Below the pieces are notes generated by a model. That model was not told the DNA's origin. It searched no databases and saw only the letters and a program-made list of their open reading frames with translations. From Candidatus Binatia bacterium (GTDB lineage Bacteria; Desulfobacterota; Binatia; UBA9968), in NCBI GenBank assembly GCA_036004365.1, contig DASYRN010000045.1, positions 7,637 to 71,636 on the forward strand: a DNA stretch of 64,000 nt. The letters run 5' to 3'. The position numbers were made by a program, and so were the translations under genes. This document shows positions 37,077 through 45,175 of this stretch, piece by piece (position 1 is the first letter of the stretch; each line of letters begins with the position of its first letter).

Positions 37077-37346
37077 ATGACCAAGGCTGACCTCATCAAT
37101 GTAGTGGCCAGGGCGGCAAGGATGAGCAAGAGAGGAGCGGAAGACGCCATCAATGCAACCTTTGATGCTCTGACCAAAGGCATCAAGAAGGACAAACGGT
37201 TTCAGGTGCCGGCGTTCGGCACCTTCTCGGTCAGGGCACGGAAGGCAAGGCCGGGAAGGAATCCTCGGACGGGCGAGGCCATCACTATCAAGGCGAGTCG
37301 AACGGTGGGTTTCAAGCCGGCACCCAGGCTAAAGAAGGGCCTCTAG
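37077..37346 (+). CDS. hup: HU/IHF-family DNA-binding protein
   Basis: MTKADLINVVA...GFGTF.VR.R.AR.GRNP.TGE; GGAGGAGGT Shine-Dalgarno sequence; promoter-like TTGACA at 37011. Confidence 0.85.
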   Translation: MTKADLINVVARAARMSKRGAEDAINATFDALTKGIKKDKRFQVPAFGTFSVRARKARPGRNPRTGEAITIKASRTVGFKPAPRLKKGL

Positions 37347-37376
37347 AAGTCTGAGCTGATCCCGACAGGTTAGTTG

Positions 37377-37670
37377 CTATCCTTGGCGCCTGCGTGCTGA
37401 GCCCGCCATTGCACGGACACGCTTTTCATCGTTGTTACGAGCCTCGGCGCTCGCTTTCAACGACCCTATAAAGGGCTCCAGCACGGCAGTCTCTTTGCGT
37501 CTCCGCCCGGTCCGTCTAAGCCATGAATCTTCCCGGAAAAGTTCGGGGCTATCATAGCCGCGAACCACGGGCTTTTCCGGCACCTTTAGGTCTGGCTTTG
37601 GATCTGGGCAGAGATGCGGGAAGAGTTTTCCTATCGCATTTCTGTACCAGCCAATAAAGACTTCATACAT
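37377..37670 (-). CDS. hypothetical protein; a diverged partial paralog lies at 39935..40123
   Basis: ...KVPEKPVVRGYDSPELFREDSWLRR...; the other locus encodes VYRGYDSPQLFREDTLKRMRWL. Confidence 0.4.
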   Translation of the reverse strand: MYEVFIGWYRNAIGKLFPHLCPDPKPDLKVPEKPVVRGYDSPELFREDSWLRRTGRRRKETAVLEPFIGSLKASAEARNNDEKRVRAMAGSARRRQG

Positions 37671-38225
37671 GGCTCACGCAATCGTTACGATGCAGGCAAG
37701 TTCCAGCGCTAATAGACACCCAATTGCTATGTTGCCTACAATCGTCAATGGCTCTCCCATCCTACTGCAACGAAGCGAACCGGAAATTGTGCATCGATCG
37801 CACCGATGATCTTCGGGAACCGCGTCTTGTGTTTCGCGGTTCGCCGCTTTGACGGTCCGTGGCAAGAATCAAAGCCAAGGCGATGGCTTTCATGCAGCGC
37901 GGCAAGGAGTTAAAAAGACAAGTAATAAATGACAATCCGGTGCCGCTCTGATTGATCAGGTGGTAGGCACGGTCGACATTTGTCGTCACTTGCGAACGCT
38001 TATTGTACAGTCCATCATGCTTCGCGAACCTGAAACGACTGCGAGCGGTGCGGGAGCGGTGGCAGAGGGTCAACTGCCGCGTAGTGGGGAATGCAAAGGC
38101 TCAGTACCCGAGATTCCTTGAATGCGGCGAAGGCGGCCTGGCAGCAGGGGATCTGGGCATCGAAGTGGGTAACTTCGCTTGATCCTTATGACCAAGAGCC
38201 TGATGGGCGGGCGAAAACATTGGGT

Positions 38226-38648
38226 CTACGGCGTGGTCCAAACGATCGTTCCGTCTTTGCCGTAAAATTCCACCCCCGGGGTGTTGTTAGATCGTATTCC
38301 CAGTGCGATGCCCGTCTTTCCGTCCTGGCCGTCCAGTCTCAACGCCGGGTTACGACTAACCCCCATGCCCAAGGTGACACCGGCCTTTCCGTTCTTATCT
38401 CTTATCTCCAGGCCCATGTTCCCATTGGGGATGGCTCCGAGCACGGCGCTCACCGAGCCCGAACTGTCGCGCACGACGAACCTTTCAGCCTCGATGACCT
38501 TACCGACGTTGCCGGGTTCGGCCTGTCCCATGACCACCAATGCGACCGCCCCGAAGAGCGCCAAGGCGCCTATGCGTTTGATCCGCCGGTTTTCCTTTTC
38601 CAGGCGCTCCAGCCGTCTCAGCATCTGATCCATGCTAGGCTCGTTCAT
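38226..38648 (-). CDS. membrane-anchored protein with coiled-coil N-terminus and four DGxxGxxxLG beta repeats
   Basis: LRRLERLEKENRR then TM segment IGALALFGAVALVVMG; repeats VVRDSSGSVSAVLG, LEIRDKNGKAGVTLG, LRLDGQDGKTGIALG, EFYGKDGTIVW. The antisense 244-aa ORF is judged a shadow. Confidence 0.5.
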   Translation of the reverse strand: MNEPSMDQMLRRLERLEKENRRIKRIGALALFGAVALVVMGQAEPGNVGKVIEAERFVVRDSSGSVSAVLGAIPNGNMGLEIRDKNGKAGVTLGMGVSRNPALRLDGQDGKTGIALGIRSNNTPGVEFYGKDGTIVWTTP

Positions 38649-38913
38649 TATTCTCTCCTTTCTTACCGGGTGGTGTTTCAAGCTTACTCCCGTAGCCGCT
38701 TTAAACCAACTGGATTGGCCTCTAACAAAAAGGGCCGGGGCGGCTCTATCCTAACACTCCCGCGATCTCGGGGACAATTTAAAACTTCGGTGATCCTTTT
38801 GTGCGCACTCCTGCTGATTCTCTAGCCTTTGGCCCCTGGTGAATCTGCTTTTTGAGTGCGCTTCGAAAAGCGGCGCTCGACTGGTATAATAGTCATTCGA
38901 GAGGCAGAATTTT

Positions 38914-39543
38914 ATGAAGATGGCACTGTCGCGCGACTTTGGTATTTCCATTTTGATCGCCACGCTTGCTCTCACTGGCTGTTCCACCACTCAGATGATT
39001 GTCAGTGAATGGAGCAATCCCCGCTACGTCTCACCTTCGTTCAAGAGGATCATGGTGGGCGGTGTCGGCGAAGAAACCAGCATCCGGCGTAACTTCGAAG
39101 ACGAGTTCGTCGCTCAGCTCAGGGCAGCCGGCGTCGCGGCGTTGCCGAGCTACCGATATATGCCTGAGGATGAGAAGATTGACGAAAGCAAACTCAAACA
39201 AGCGGCACAAAGGGCCGGCACCGATGGCGCCATCCTCGCCCGTTCGGTAAGCGTCGAACAGAAAACGGAGTATGGCCCGAGCTATTACCCGCTTGCCGGC
39301 TTCGGCATCTTTGGTCGGAACGTCGGCGCCTCATGGTCGGGGCCTTACGGTGCACCAAGCGTCTCCCGCTACAACGTGTATACCTCGGAGACCACTCTGT
39401 ACGACGTCACCAAGAACGAGGTGGTCTGGACCGGCACCATCAAGACCACCGAGCCGGACAATATTAACACCGCGATCAAGGACTATGTCGGAACGGTCAT
39501 AAAAGCGCTCAACGAGAAGAATCTTCTCGGAGTTAAGAAATGA
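38914..39543 (+). CDS. DUF4136-like lipoprotein
   Basis: LALTGCS lipobox; about 209 aa. Confidence 0.6.
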   Translation: MKMALSRDFGISILIATLALTGCSTTQMIVSEWSNPRYVSPSFKRIMVGGVGEETSIRRNFEDEFVAQLRAAGVAALPSYRYMPEDEKIDESKLKQAAQRAGTDGAILARSVSVEQKTEYGPSYYPLAGFGIFGRNVGASWSGPYGAPSVSRYNVYTSETTLYDVTKNEVVWTGTIKTTEPDNINTAIKDYVGTVIKALNEKNLLGVKK

Positions 39544-39571
39544 GGGCCGGGTGGGACGGAAGGAAACAACC

Positions 39572-39883
39572 CTACGGAGCATGACTGAAATCCAGCCCGC
39601 CGATGTGTTGAACGGTATGGCCACAATGACCACGCAGTAACGCAAAGATCTGGCTGCAGAACGAGGTGTCATCAAATAAAAGACATCCCATATATGCGGC
39701 TCGTTCGTATTCAACGATTAAATAGCACCTGTTGGACGGTTGGAGTGTAGACAACATCACATCCTGCAGGATGCCGACCTCGCCTTTTGGGTGTTTGTTT
39801 TCTTCCCCACCTATCCAAGTCCAGGTCGGAGGCCAGTTGGGAAGACCTTGGTGAGACATGAGGGGATGATCTCGCAGCTTCAT
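39572..39883 (-). CDS. conserved hypothetical protein (MKLRDHPLMS...NWPP.W.W motif family)
   Basis: MKLRDHPLMSHQGLPNWPPTWTWIGGEE...; family name not recalled with confidence. Confidence 0.5.
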   Translation of the reverse strand: MKLRDHPLMSHQGLPNWPPTWTWIGGEENKHPKGEVGILQDVMLSTLQPSNRCYLIVEYERAAYMGCLLFDDTSFCSQIFALLRGHCGHTVQHIGGLDFSHAP

Positions 39884-39934
39884 GGTTGGTTCTAAATCTG
39901 TGGTCGATAAATGATTCATTTATCTAGATCTTCG

Positions 39935-40123
39935 TTACGCGGATCCGGGATCGTTGTCATCGTCGGTTGATGGTTTTCTAGAACGGACGTTGAATTGGAT
40001 CTTGGATAGTTCCGAGTCCAGCCACCGCATCCTTTTGAGAGTATCCTCTCGGAAAAGCTGTGGACTGTCGTAGCCGCGGTACACTTCACACCTCTGGGTT
40101 GTGACTCCAGGTAAACGGAAAGC
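39935..40123 (-). pseudogene. start-less remnant paralogous to 37377..37670
   Basis: Open frame AFRLPGVTTQRCEVYRGYDSPQLFREDTLKRMRWLDSELSKIQFNVRSRKPSTDDDNDPGSA* bounded by an upstream stop; about 72% nt identity to 37495-37570. Confidence 0.4.
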
Positions 40124-40348
40124 TTACACAATGAATCCGGCGTAGCTTGTCGGGCAACCCTATCAATGCGCAATGGCTGTGCCAGACCAGAAGATTCGTA
40201 TTATCGAATAGTTGTAAAAGTTCAGCCATGACGAGATGGGTAAAAAGGTAAGAGCTGGGAAGAAATTACGCGATAAGTAAGAGTAGAGACTGCAAATTAT
40301 AGCTGGAGGATTGCTCCTTTGGGCGTTTCCTCTAACGTGGGCTTTTCA

Positions 40349-40378
40349 CGTTTCGACTATTTTCGAAATGTCGAAACG
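40349..40378. repeat. F3 hairpin: CGTTTCGAC - TATTTTCGAAAT - GTCGAAACG
   Basis: Perfect 9-nt inverted repeat; the loop is itself palindromic around TTCGAA; upstream of the LLM gene. Confidence 0.4.
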
Positions 40379-40444
40379 ATGAGCGGCGCTTGTTCGGACA
40401 AGCGATTGACTCATTTGATGCGGCTGTGATAGCGCTCGAAAGCC

Positions 40445-41518
40445 ATGTCAGGCGAAAGTTTCCGTGGCGAGATCGGACTCCACTTTCCGTTGCATGTCCT
40501 TAACCGCTACTCTCTCCCCGAGCTGATCCGCCTTGCGGAACGCGCTGTGGAGGCACTTCGACAGTTCGGCTTCACGCAGATCTGGACCAACGATAATCTA
40601 GAGTATCGAAGCGTTTTGGCGAGCTCCGCTGCACTCGTGGCGCGGGTTCCGGTCAAGCTCGGAACGGCCGTCACCGTTCCCTATTTTCGCAACCCCATCG
40701 ATCTGGCCGCGGCGTTCGTCACTCTCTCCGAACTCACAAACGGGCAGGAAATCTCGCTTGGCCTGGGACCCGGCTCGAGGTCGATCCTGACCCATCAAGT
40801 CGATCGTGTGAAGCCGCTGATCATCATGGCCGAGTTGGCGACGGCTCTGCGGAAGCTCTTCGATGGAAAGGCAATCGGGCGCAATGAAATTCCGAATTTG
40901 GCTTCCTATTTTCACTTGAACGCGGAAAGTTACACTTTGCGCTTCAAGGCCCAGTCGCCGATCCGGCTTTACTATGGTCCAAGCCTGCTCAAGCCCGCGG
41001 TCTTAAATCTAATCGGATGCCACTTCGATGGGGTCATCCTGCAAACTCTGTATAGCGGGGCGGATATGGAGGCTACGCTCTCGAGTCTGAAACGTGCCCG
41101 CGCACAGTCCGCTCTAAGGGAGCCGCTAGCTAAAATCATGCTTATCAACGCGTCCGTTTCTCGCGACGGACGGGCGGCGAGAGAGCACGCCAAGCGCTTC
41201 GTGTCCCACATCATCGCCGGATGGCCGGACGACACCCTCCAAAGGAAAGGCATTGACCCAGCCTCCGTTCAGTCGGTGCGCCGAGCCTACGCTCAGAACC
41301 GCGGAGTGGATTATGCGGCGTCGCTGACTCCGGAGGAAGCGGTGGACCGTCTGGTCGTCGCTGGCACGCCGGAGCAGTGCATCGAACGGATCTCCGAACT
41401 CTTTTCCACCGGCGCGAAGCACGAATTCGGGCAGATCTTTATCGGCGTGCCACTTGGACCCGATGTCGGTGAAGTGATCGATATCTGGGCTAAAGAGATC
41501 CTGCCGGCTCTTTCGTAA
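40445..41518 (+). CDS. LLM-class (luciferase-like) flavin/F420-dependent oxidoreductase
   Basis: 357 aa TIM-barrel LLM pattern. Confidence 0.8.
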   Translation: MSGESFRGEIGLHFPLHVLNRYSLPELIRLAERAVEALRQFGFTQIWTNDNLEYRSVLASSAALVARVPVKLGTAVTVPYFRNPIDLAAAFVTLSELTNGQEISLGLGPGSRSILTHQVDRVKPLIIMAELATALRKLFDGKAIGRNEIPNLASYFHLNAESYTLRFKAQSPIRLYYGPSLLKPAVLNLIGCHFDGVILQTLYSGADMEATLSSLKRARAQSALREPLAKIMLINASVSRDGRAAREHAKRFVSHIIAGWPDDTLQRKGIDPASVQSVRRAYAQNRGVDYAASLTPEEAVDRLVVAGTPEQCIERISELFSTGAKHEFGQIFIGVPLGPDVGEVIDIWAKEILPALS

Positions 41519-41648
41519 TCCGAAAGATGTGGGCGAATTCAGATCTCCGCCTTGCCACACTCAGGCAGATGCGCGGTGAACTGTCTACCCCCGAAACCTG
41601 ACTTCTGAAACGCTGCGCCAAAACGGGAATGTAGAAGACTCGATGCGC

Positions 41649-42311
41649 TCAGTGGCCGGGGCTCTCCAAGACGGCGAGCGCGGCCTGGCAGCAGAGGATG
41701 TCCTGCTCGGCTCGGCTACCGCCGGCTACGCCGATGGCGCCGACGATCGCCGCGCCGTCAACGATCGCAATGCCTCCACCCGCCGGCATGATGCGACCGC
41801 GGTGCGAGATGACGAGGCTGCGAAACCAGGGGCGGCGCGCTTGGGGCGCCAACTCGGCGGTGGCCAGGTGAAAGGCGGCGGCCGTGTAGGCCTTATTGAA
41901 GGCGAGCTCTGCAGTCCTGGGCTCGGCTTGGTCCATCCGTCCGACGGCGATAGGAGTGCCAGCTTCATCTACGACCACGGCCGTCACCGCGATCCCCGCT
42001 CTTTCCGCGTAGGCGTGCGCTCGATGCACCATCTCCCATGCCTTGTCCACCGGAACCGGCCCAACTGCTGCTTTGTTCTTACGGAAGAAGCTGGCATTGA
42101 CCTCGATGGAGGCCTCATGCTCGGCGGGGAGCTTGGAATCGAGGAAGATCGCGTCCACCGGGCAGACGATCTCACACTGCTCGCACTCGATGCACACTTC
42201 GGGATCAACGTAGTGTTGTGGAGCCCCCGGGAGGGTATGAATGCAGGCGACCGGGCAGACGTCGACGCACGCCCCATCATTTGTACACAGCGAGGTGATA
42301 ATGTACGTCAC
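41649..42311 (-). CDS. fusion protein: 7Fe/8Fe-type ferredoxin N-terminus + GlcG/HbpS-like (DUF336) domain
   Basis: CTNDGACVDVCPVAC and CIECEQCEIVCP cluster motifs, then GIAVTAVVVDEAG...GGGIAIVDGAAIVGAIGVAGGSRAEQD DUF336 signature. Confidence 0.7.
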   Translation of the reverse strand: MTYIITSLCTNDGACVDVCPVACIHTLPGAPQHYVDPEVCIECEQCEIVCPVDAIFLDSKLPAEHEASIEVNASFFRKNKAAVGPVPVDKAWEMVHRAHAYAERAGIAVTAVVVDEAGTPIAVGRMDQAEPRTAELAFNKAYTAAAFHLATAELAPQARRPWFRSLVISHRGRIMPAGGGIAIVDGAAIVGAIGVAGGSRAEQDILCCQAALAVLESPGH

Positions 42312-42485
42312 GGAAATCCCTTCTACTAGGTAGCTTCAGAACTCCTCTGAACGTCATGCCAGCCGAGCCCGCGACAGCGGGCGAGAGCCGGAATCCAGGC
42401 AAATATAAGAAGTGCTGGATTTCCGCTTCCGCGGAAATGACGAACCCCGAGGGTCGATTCTTTGGCTGATTTCACACATAGGTGC

Positions 42486-43202
42486 CTATCCATCCGCCCT
42501 CAGCGGCAAATCGGTGCGAATGACGTTCGTCACATGGACGCGGGTCCCATATTTGGGAGTCACTAGCCTCCCGTTAGGGTTGAGAGTACCCAGCCCCGCC
42601 GCCGCGGCGAGCCGCTCGGCATTGGGATCCGGCGCTGCCGTGGCGCGAAAGCCAAGCTCTCTGATCCACGCGCTGAGAACGAAAGTGACGAACAGCCCGT
42701 TCTGCACCGGCACCTGGCCGCCGATGCCCGGGGCCTCTCGCGGGTCATAATCGGCTCGAACCGCACAGATGACGGCGAAGGGATACTGCTCGTCTTTCGA
42801 ATCCAATCTGGCGATACCCACCAGATCGGTGCCCAGGTAGCGGGCCAGCTCCTTGACATGGTTGGACGTGATCTCGGGCGTGTGGATGTCCGCTTTGGTC
42901 GGGAAGACGTTACCCTCGGGCGCACTGCGGATCAGCTCCGTCACCGAATTGGCCAGATCTTCCGGAGGCGTGTTGATGAAAAAATCCCAGTATGGGTCGC
43001 CTGCCCTGAGCCTGGTCGAAGGGTCGTGCTGGGAGCGTGTCTTCGGCCACGGGATTTTTAGCGGGCCCAGTCTGAGGGTCACTAAACGTCCCGCTTGACG
43101 AATCGGTTGGTATTCTCTTTCAGCGGAGCATAGTAGCCGATATCTCCCGCCACCTTTCCCGAGTTCGCCTCGTGCGCCGCGGTGCAACCGGCAACGGTAC
43201 AC
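42486..43202 (-). CDS. truncated paralog of the adjacent RdhA/QueG-like gene (corrinoid-domain part only; start uncertain)
   Basis: HVKELARYLGTDLVGIARLD and AAAGLGTLNPNGRLVTPKYGTRVHVTNVIRTDLPL align to the middle of 43082..44383; no C-terminal Fe-S motifs. The first ~40 codons of the track ORF overlap the neighbour and look non-coding. Confidence 0.45.
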   Translation of the reverse strand: MYRCRLHRGARGELGKGGGRYRLLCSAEREYQPIRQAGRLVTLRLGPLKIPWPKTRSQHDPSTRLRAGDPYWDFFINTPPEDLANSVTELIRSAPEGNVFPTKADIHTPEITSNHVKELARYLGTDLVGIARLDSKDEQYPFAVICAVRADYDPREAPGIGGQVPVQNGLFVTFVLSAWIRELGFRATAAPDPNAERLAAAAGLGTLNPNGRLVTPKYGTRVHVTNVIRTDLPLRADG

Positions 43203-44383
43203 GCGTGCTCTCCGGGCTTGATGCCGGAGTCATACCCAAGCCAGCGCACCCGCTTCTGACTCACCACGCCCCAGAAGCGATCATCGATCGCCTTCAGCGC
43301 GTGCACGAGCGCCGGTCGCGCGGGGATAGGGCAGGTGCGCAGAGCCCAGACCGTAAGGCTGCGCCACCAAACGTTGGGTTTGGTGAACGGGCAAACGGTG
43401 GCGCAGGTCAGGCAGCTCATCCAGTGGTCGTGGGTGTACGGCCGCAGCTTATAGCAGGTCAGCCAGTTGATCTTGTACTTCTCGACGCCGTTGAAGACCA
43501 CCTTATCGCCGAAGGGGATGCTGTTGGTGGGACAGTTGACAGCGCATTTGCGGCAAATCTTGCAGAAGTCCTCGACGCCTATGTCGACGGGTTGGTCCGG
43601 CACCAGCGGGAGGTCGGTCATGATGGGATCGGGCATGTGGATGCGGGCACCGAACTTCTCGTTGATGATGAGTCCGTTTCGGCCCAGTTCGCCCACGCCG
43701 GCGGCCAGCCCGGCGGCCTGAGGGTTCGCCACGCCCCGTAGAGCGGTGTAACCCAGCTCCTTGACGTAGCCCTCCAGGGCCTTGAGGATCATGACACCTT
43801 TCATTTGAGAGACGTGGTAGGCCGCATCGCCGACGTGATGGCGGTGCGCCTGAAGCTTATCGTGGTCCCATGCGGTCGTCGTGACGATGATGTAGGGGAA
43901 CTTCCGCACCAGCTCCTCGGGAGTGCTTTGTTGGTACGCGTCCTCTGCCGTGCCGTCTTGCACGTAGCGGTTGCCAGCGTACATGAAGGATGGATGCGCC
44001 CTGGCGATGGCGACGACGTCAGCGCCCATATAACGGGCGACGGCCTTGATGTGGCGCGTCATCGCCGCGGGATCCGTCACTGGCACCTGCTTCGAGTTGA
44101 CCTTGCCCTTGCTGGCTTGGTTAATCACCGTGGTCAGGAAATGTCTGCGATCGGCGAAATGGTTCGGGGCCGACACCCGGGTAAGTGGATCTTTGGAGAT
44201 CGTGTTGCGGTACCAGTTGAAAAGGGCCTTCCCCAGCTCACCGCGCTGGTTTTTGGGATGCGGCGACTGGTTCATATCGACATTAGCGACAGGCCCCACG
44301 ACACGGGCTGACCGGCCGAGGTTGGGTACGGGCGGGATATCCAAGCCTCTTTGATTAACCTTGTCTAGCGTTGCGTTCCCCAT
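43082..44383 (-). CDS. reductive dehalogenase-like / QueG-family corrinoid [4Fe-4S] protein, cytoplasmic (no Tat signal)
   Basis: Central AAGLAAGVGELGRNGLIINEKFGARIHM...TDLPL region then FCKICRKCAVNCP and CLTCATVCP ferredoxin motifs; 433 aa. Confidence 0.65.
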   Translation of the reverse strand: MGNATLDKVNQRGLDIPPVPNLGRSARVVGPVANVDMNQSPHPKNQRGELGKALFNWYRNTISKDPLTRVSAPNHFADRRHFLTTVINQASKGKVNSKQVPVTDPAAMTRHIKAVARYMGADVVAIARAHPSFMYAGNRYVQDGTAEDAYQQSTPEELVRKFPYIIVTTTAWDHDKLQAHRHHVGDAAYHVSQMKGVMILKALEGYVKELGYTALRGVANPQAAGLAAGVGELGRNGLIINEKFGARIHMPDPIMTDLPLVPDQPVDIGVEDFCKICRKCAVNCPTNSIPFGDKVVFNGVEKYKINWLTCYKLRPYTHDHWMSCLTCATVCPFTKPNVWWRSLTVWALRTCPIPARPALVHALKAIDDRFWGVVSQKRVRWLGYDSGIKPGEHACTVAGCTAAHEANSGKVAGDIGYYAPLKENTNRFVKRDV

Positions 44384-44405
44384 GGCGAATTTTCCCTTCT
44401 TTTAG

Positions 44406-44490
44406 AAAGGATGAAGTATGAAATCGGAAGGATGAAGTGACAATGGCGCATTGACAGATGTTTTTTTATCCCTTAGCCTTCATCCTTTAG
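44406..44490. repeat. F1 purine copy and F1 pyrimidine copy in inverted orientation (potential long hairpin) inside the minus-strand cluster
   Basis: GAAAGGATGAAGTATGAAATCGGAAGGATGAAGTG ... TATCCCTTAGCCTTCATCCTTTAG. Confidence 0.5.
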
Positions 44491-44592
44491 TTCTCCTGTA
44501 TGTTTGCCACGAAAACCGACTCTGATGCAACTCCTTATATGTCATATGTCCCGTGCGCCTAGAGGGAGCCGGCGTCTGACGTGCATCCCATC

Positions 44593-44991
44593 TCAGGCAT
44601 AGGAGGCGAGAGCGGCTTCAGCGCAGCGCTGGTCCTGCTCTTCAGTACCACCCGCTACGGCGATGGCGCCCACAACATTGCCGCCCTCCACGATGGGCAA
44701 TGCGCCTGCACCGGGCATGATTCGACCGTTGCTGGAGACGACCAGGCTTTGAAACCATGTCTGCCCGGCAACTCCCGCCAACTCCTTGGTAGGCTGCTGG
44801 AAACTCGCTGCCGTGTAGGCTTTGTTGAGAGCAATTTCCACCGTAATGGGACGAGCACGGTCCATACGGCCTAGCGCGATCATACGGCCACTGTGGTCAA
44901 CGACCACAGCGGTGACTGCGATATCCAACTGCGTGGCCTCAAGGTGGGCGGTTCGCACCATCTGAATCGCTTTTTCTCCGGGGATAGCCAT
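44593..44991 (-). CDS. GlcG/HbpS-like (DUF336) protein, stand-alone
   Basis: LDIAVTAVVVDHSGRMIALGRMD...GGNVVGAIAVAGGTEEQDQRCAEAAL. Confidence 0.75.
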   Translation of the reverse strand: MAIPGEKAIQMVRTAHLEATQLDIAVTAVVVDHSGRMIALGRMDRARPITVEIALNKAYTAASFQQPTKELAGVAGQTWFQSLVVSSNGRIMPGAGALPIVEGGNVVGAIAVAGGTEEQDQRCAEAALASYA

Positions 44992-45175
44992 CGTCGTTCG
45001 CGGTCCTCCTTGTCGTCGAAGTGGCGCCTAGTGTAACAGGTAATGCTAACCAACAGTCAAGCACTTACAGGCTGTTGAAAGCGCCGCGAGTCAGTGGTTC
45101 CCACAAGAGGGTAAATCCAAGCAAGGAGCGCGTACTAAGGGATGAAGGATGAAATGCCTAATCAGTTCATTGCCT

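Noticed and set aside
38091-38825. 244-aa plus-strand ORF
   Set aside because: It overlaps and is antisense to a far more protein-like minus-strand gene (coiled coil + TM + regular beta repeats). Composition (Arg/Ser/His-rich) looks like a shadow ORF.
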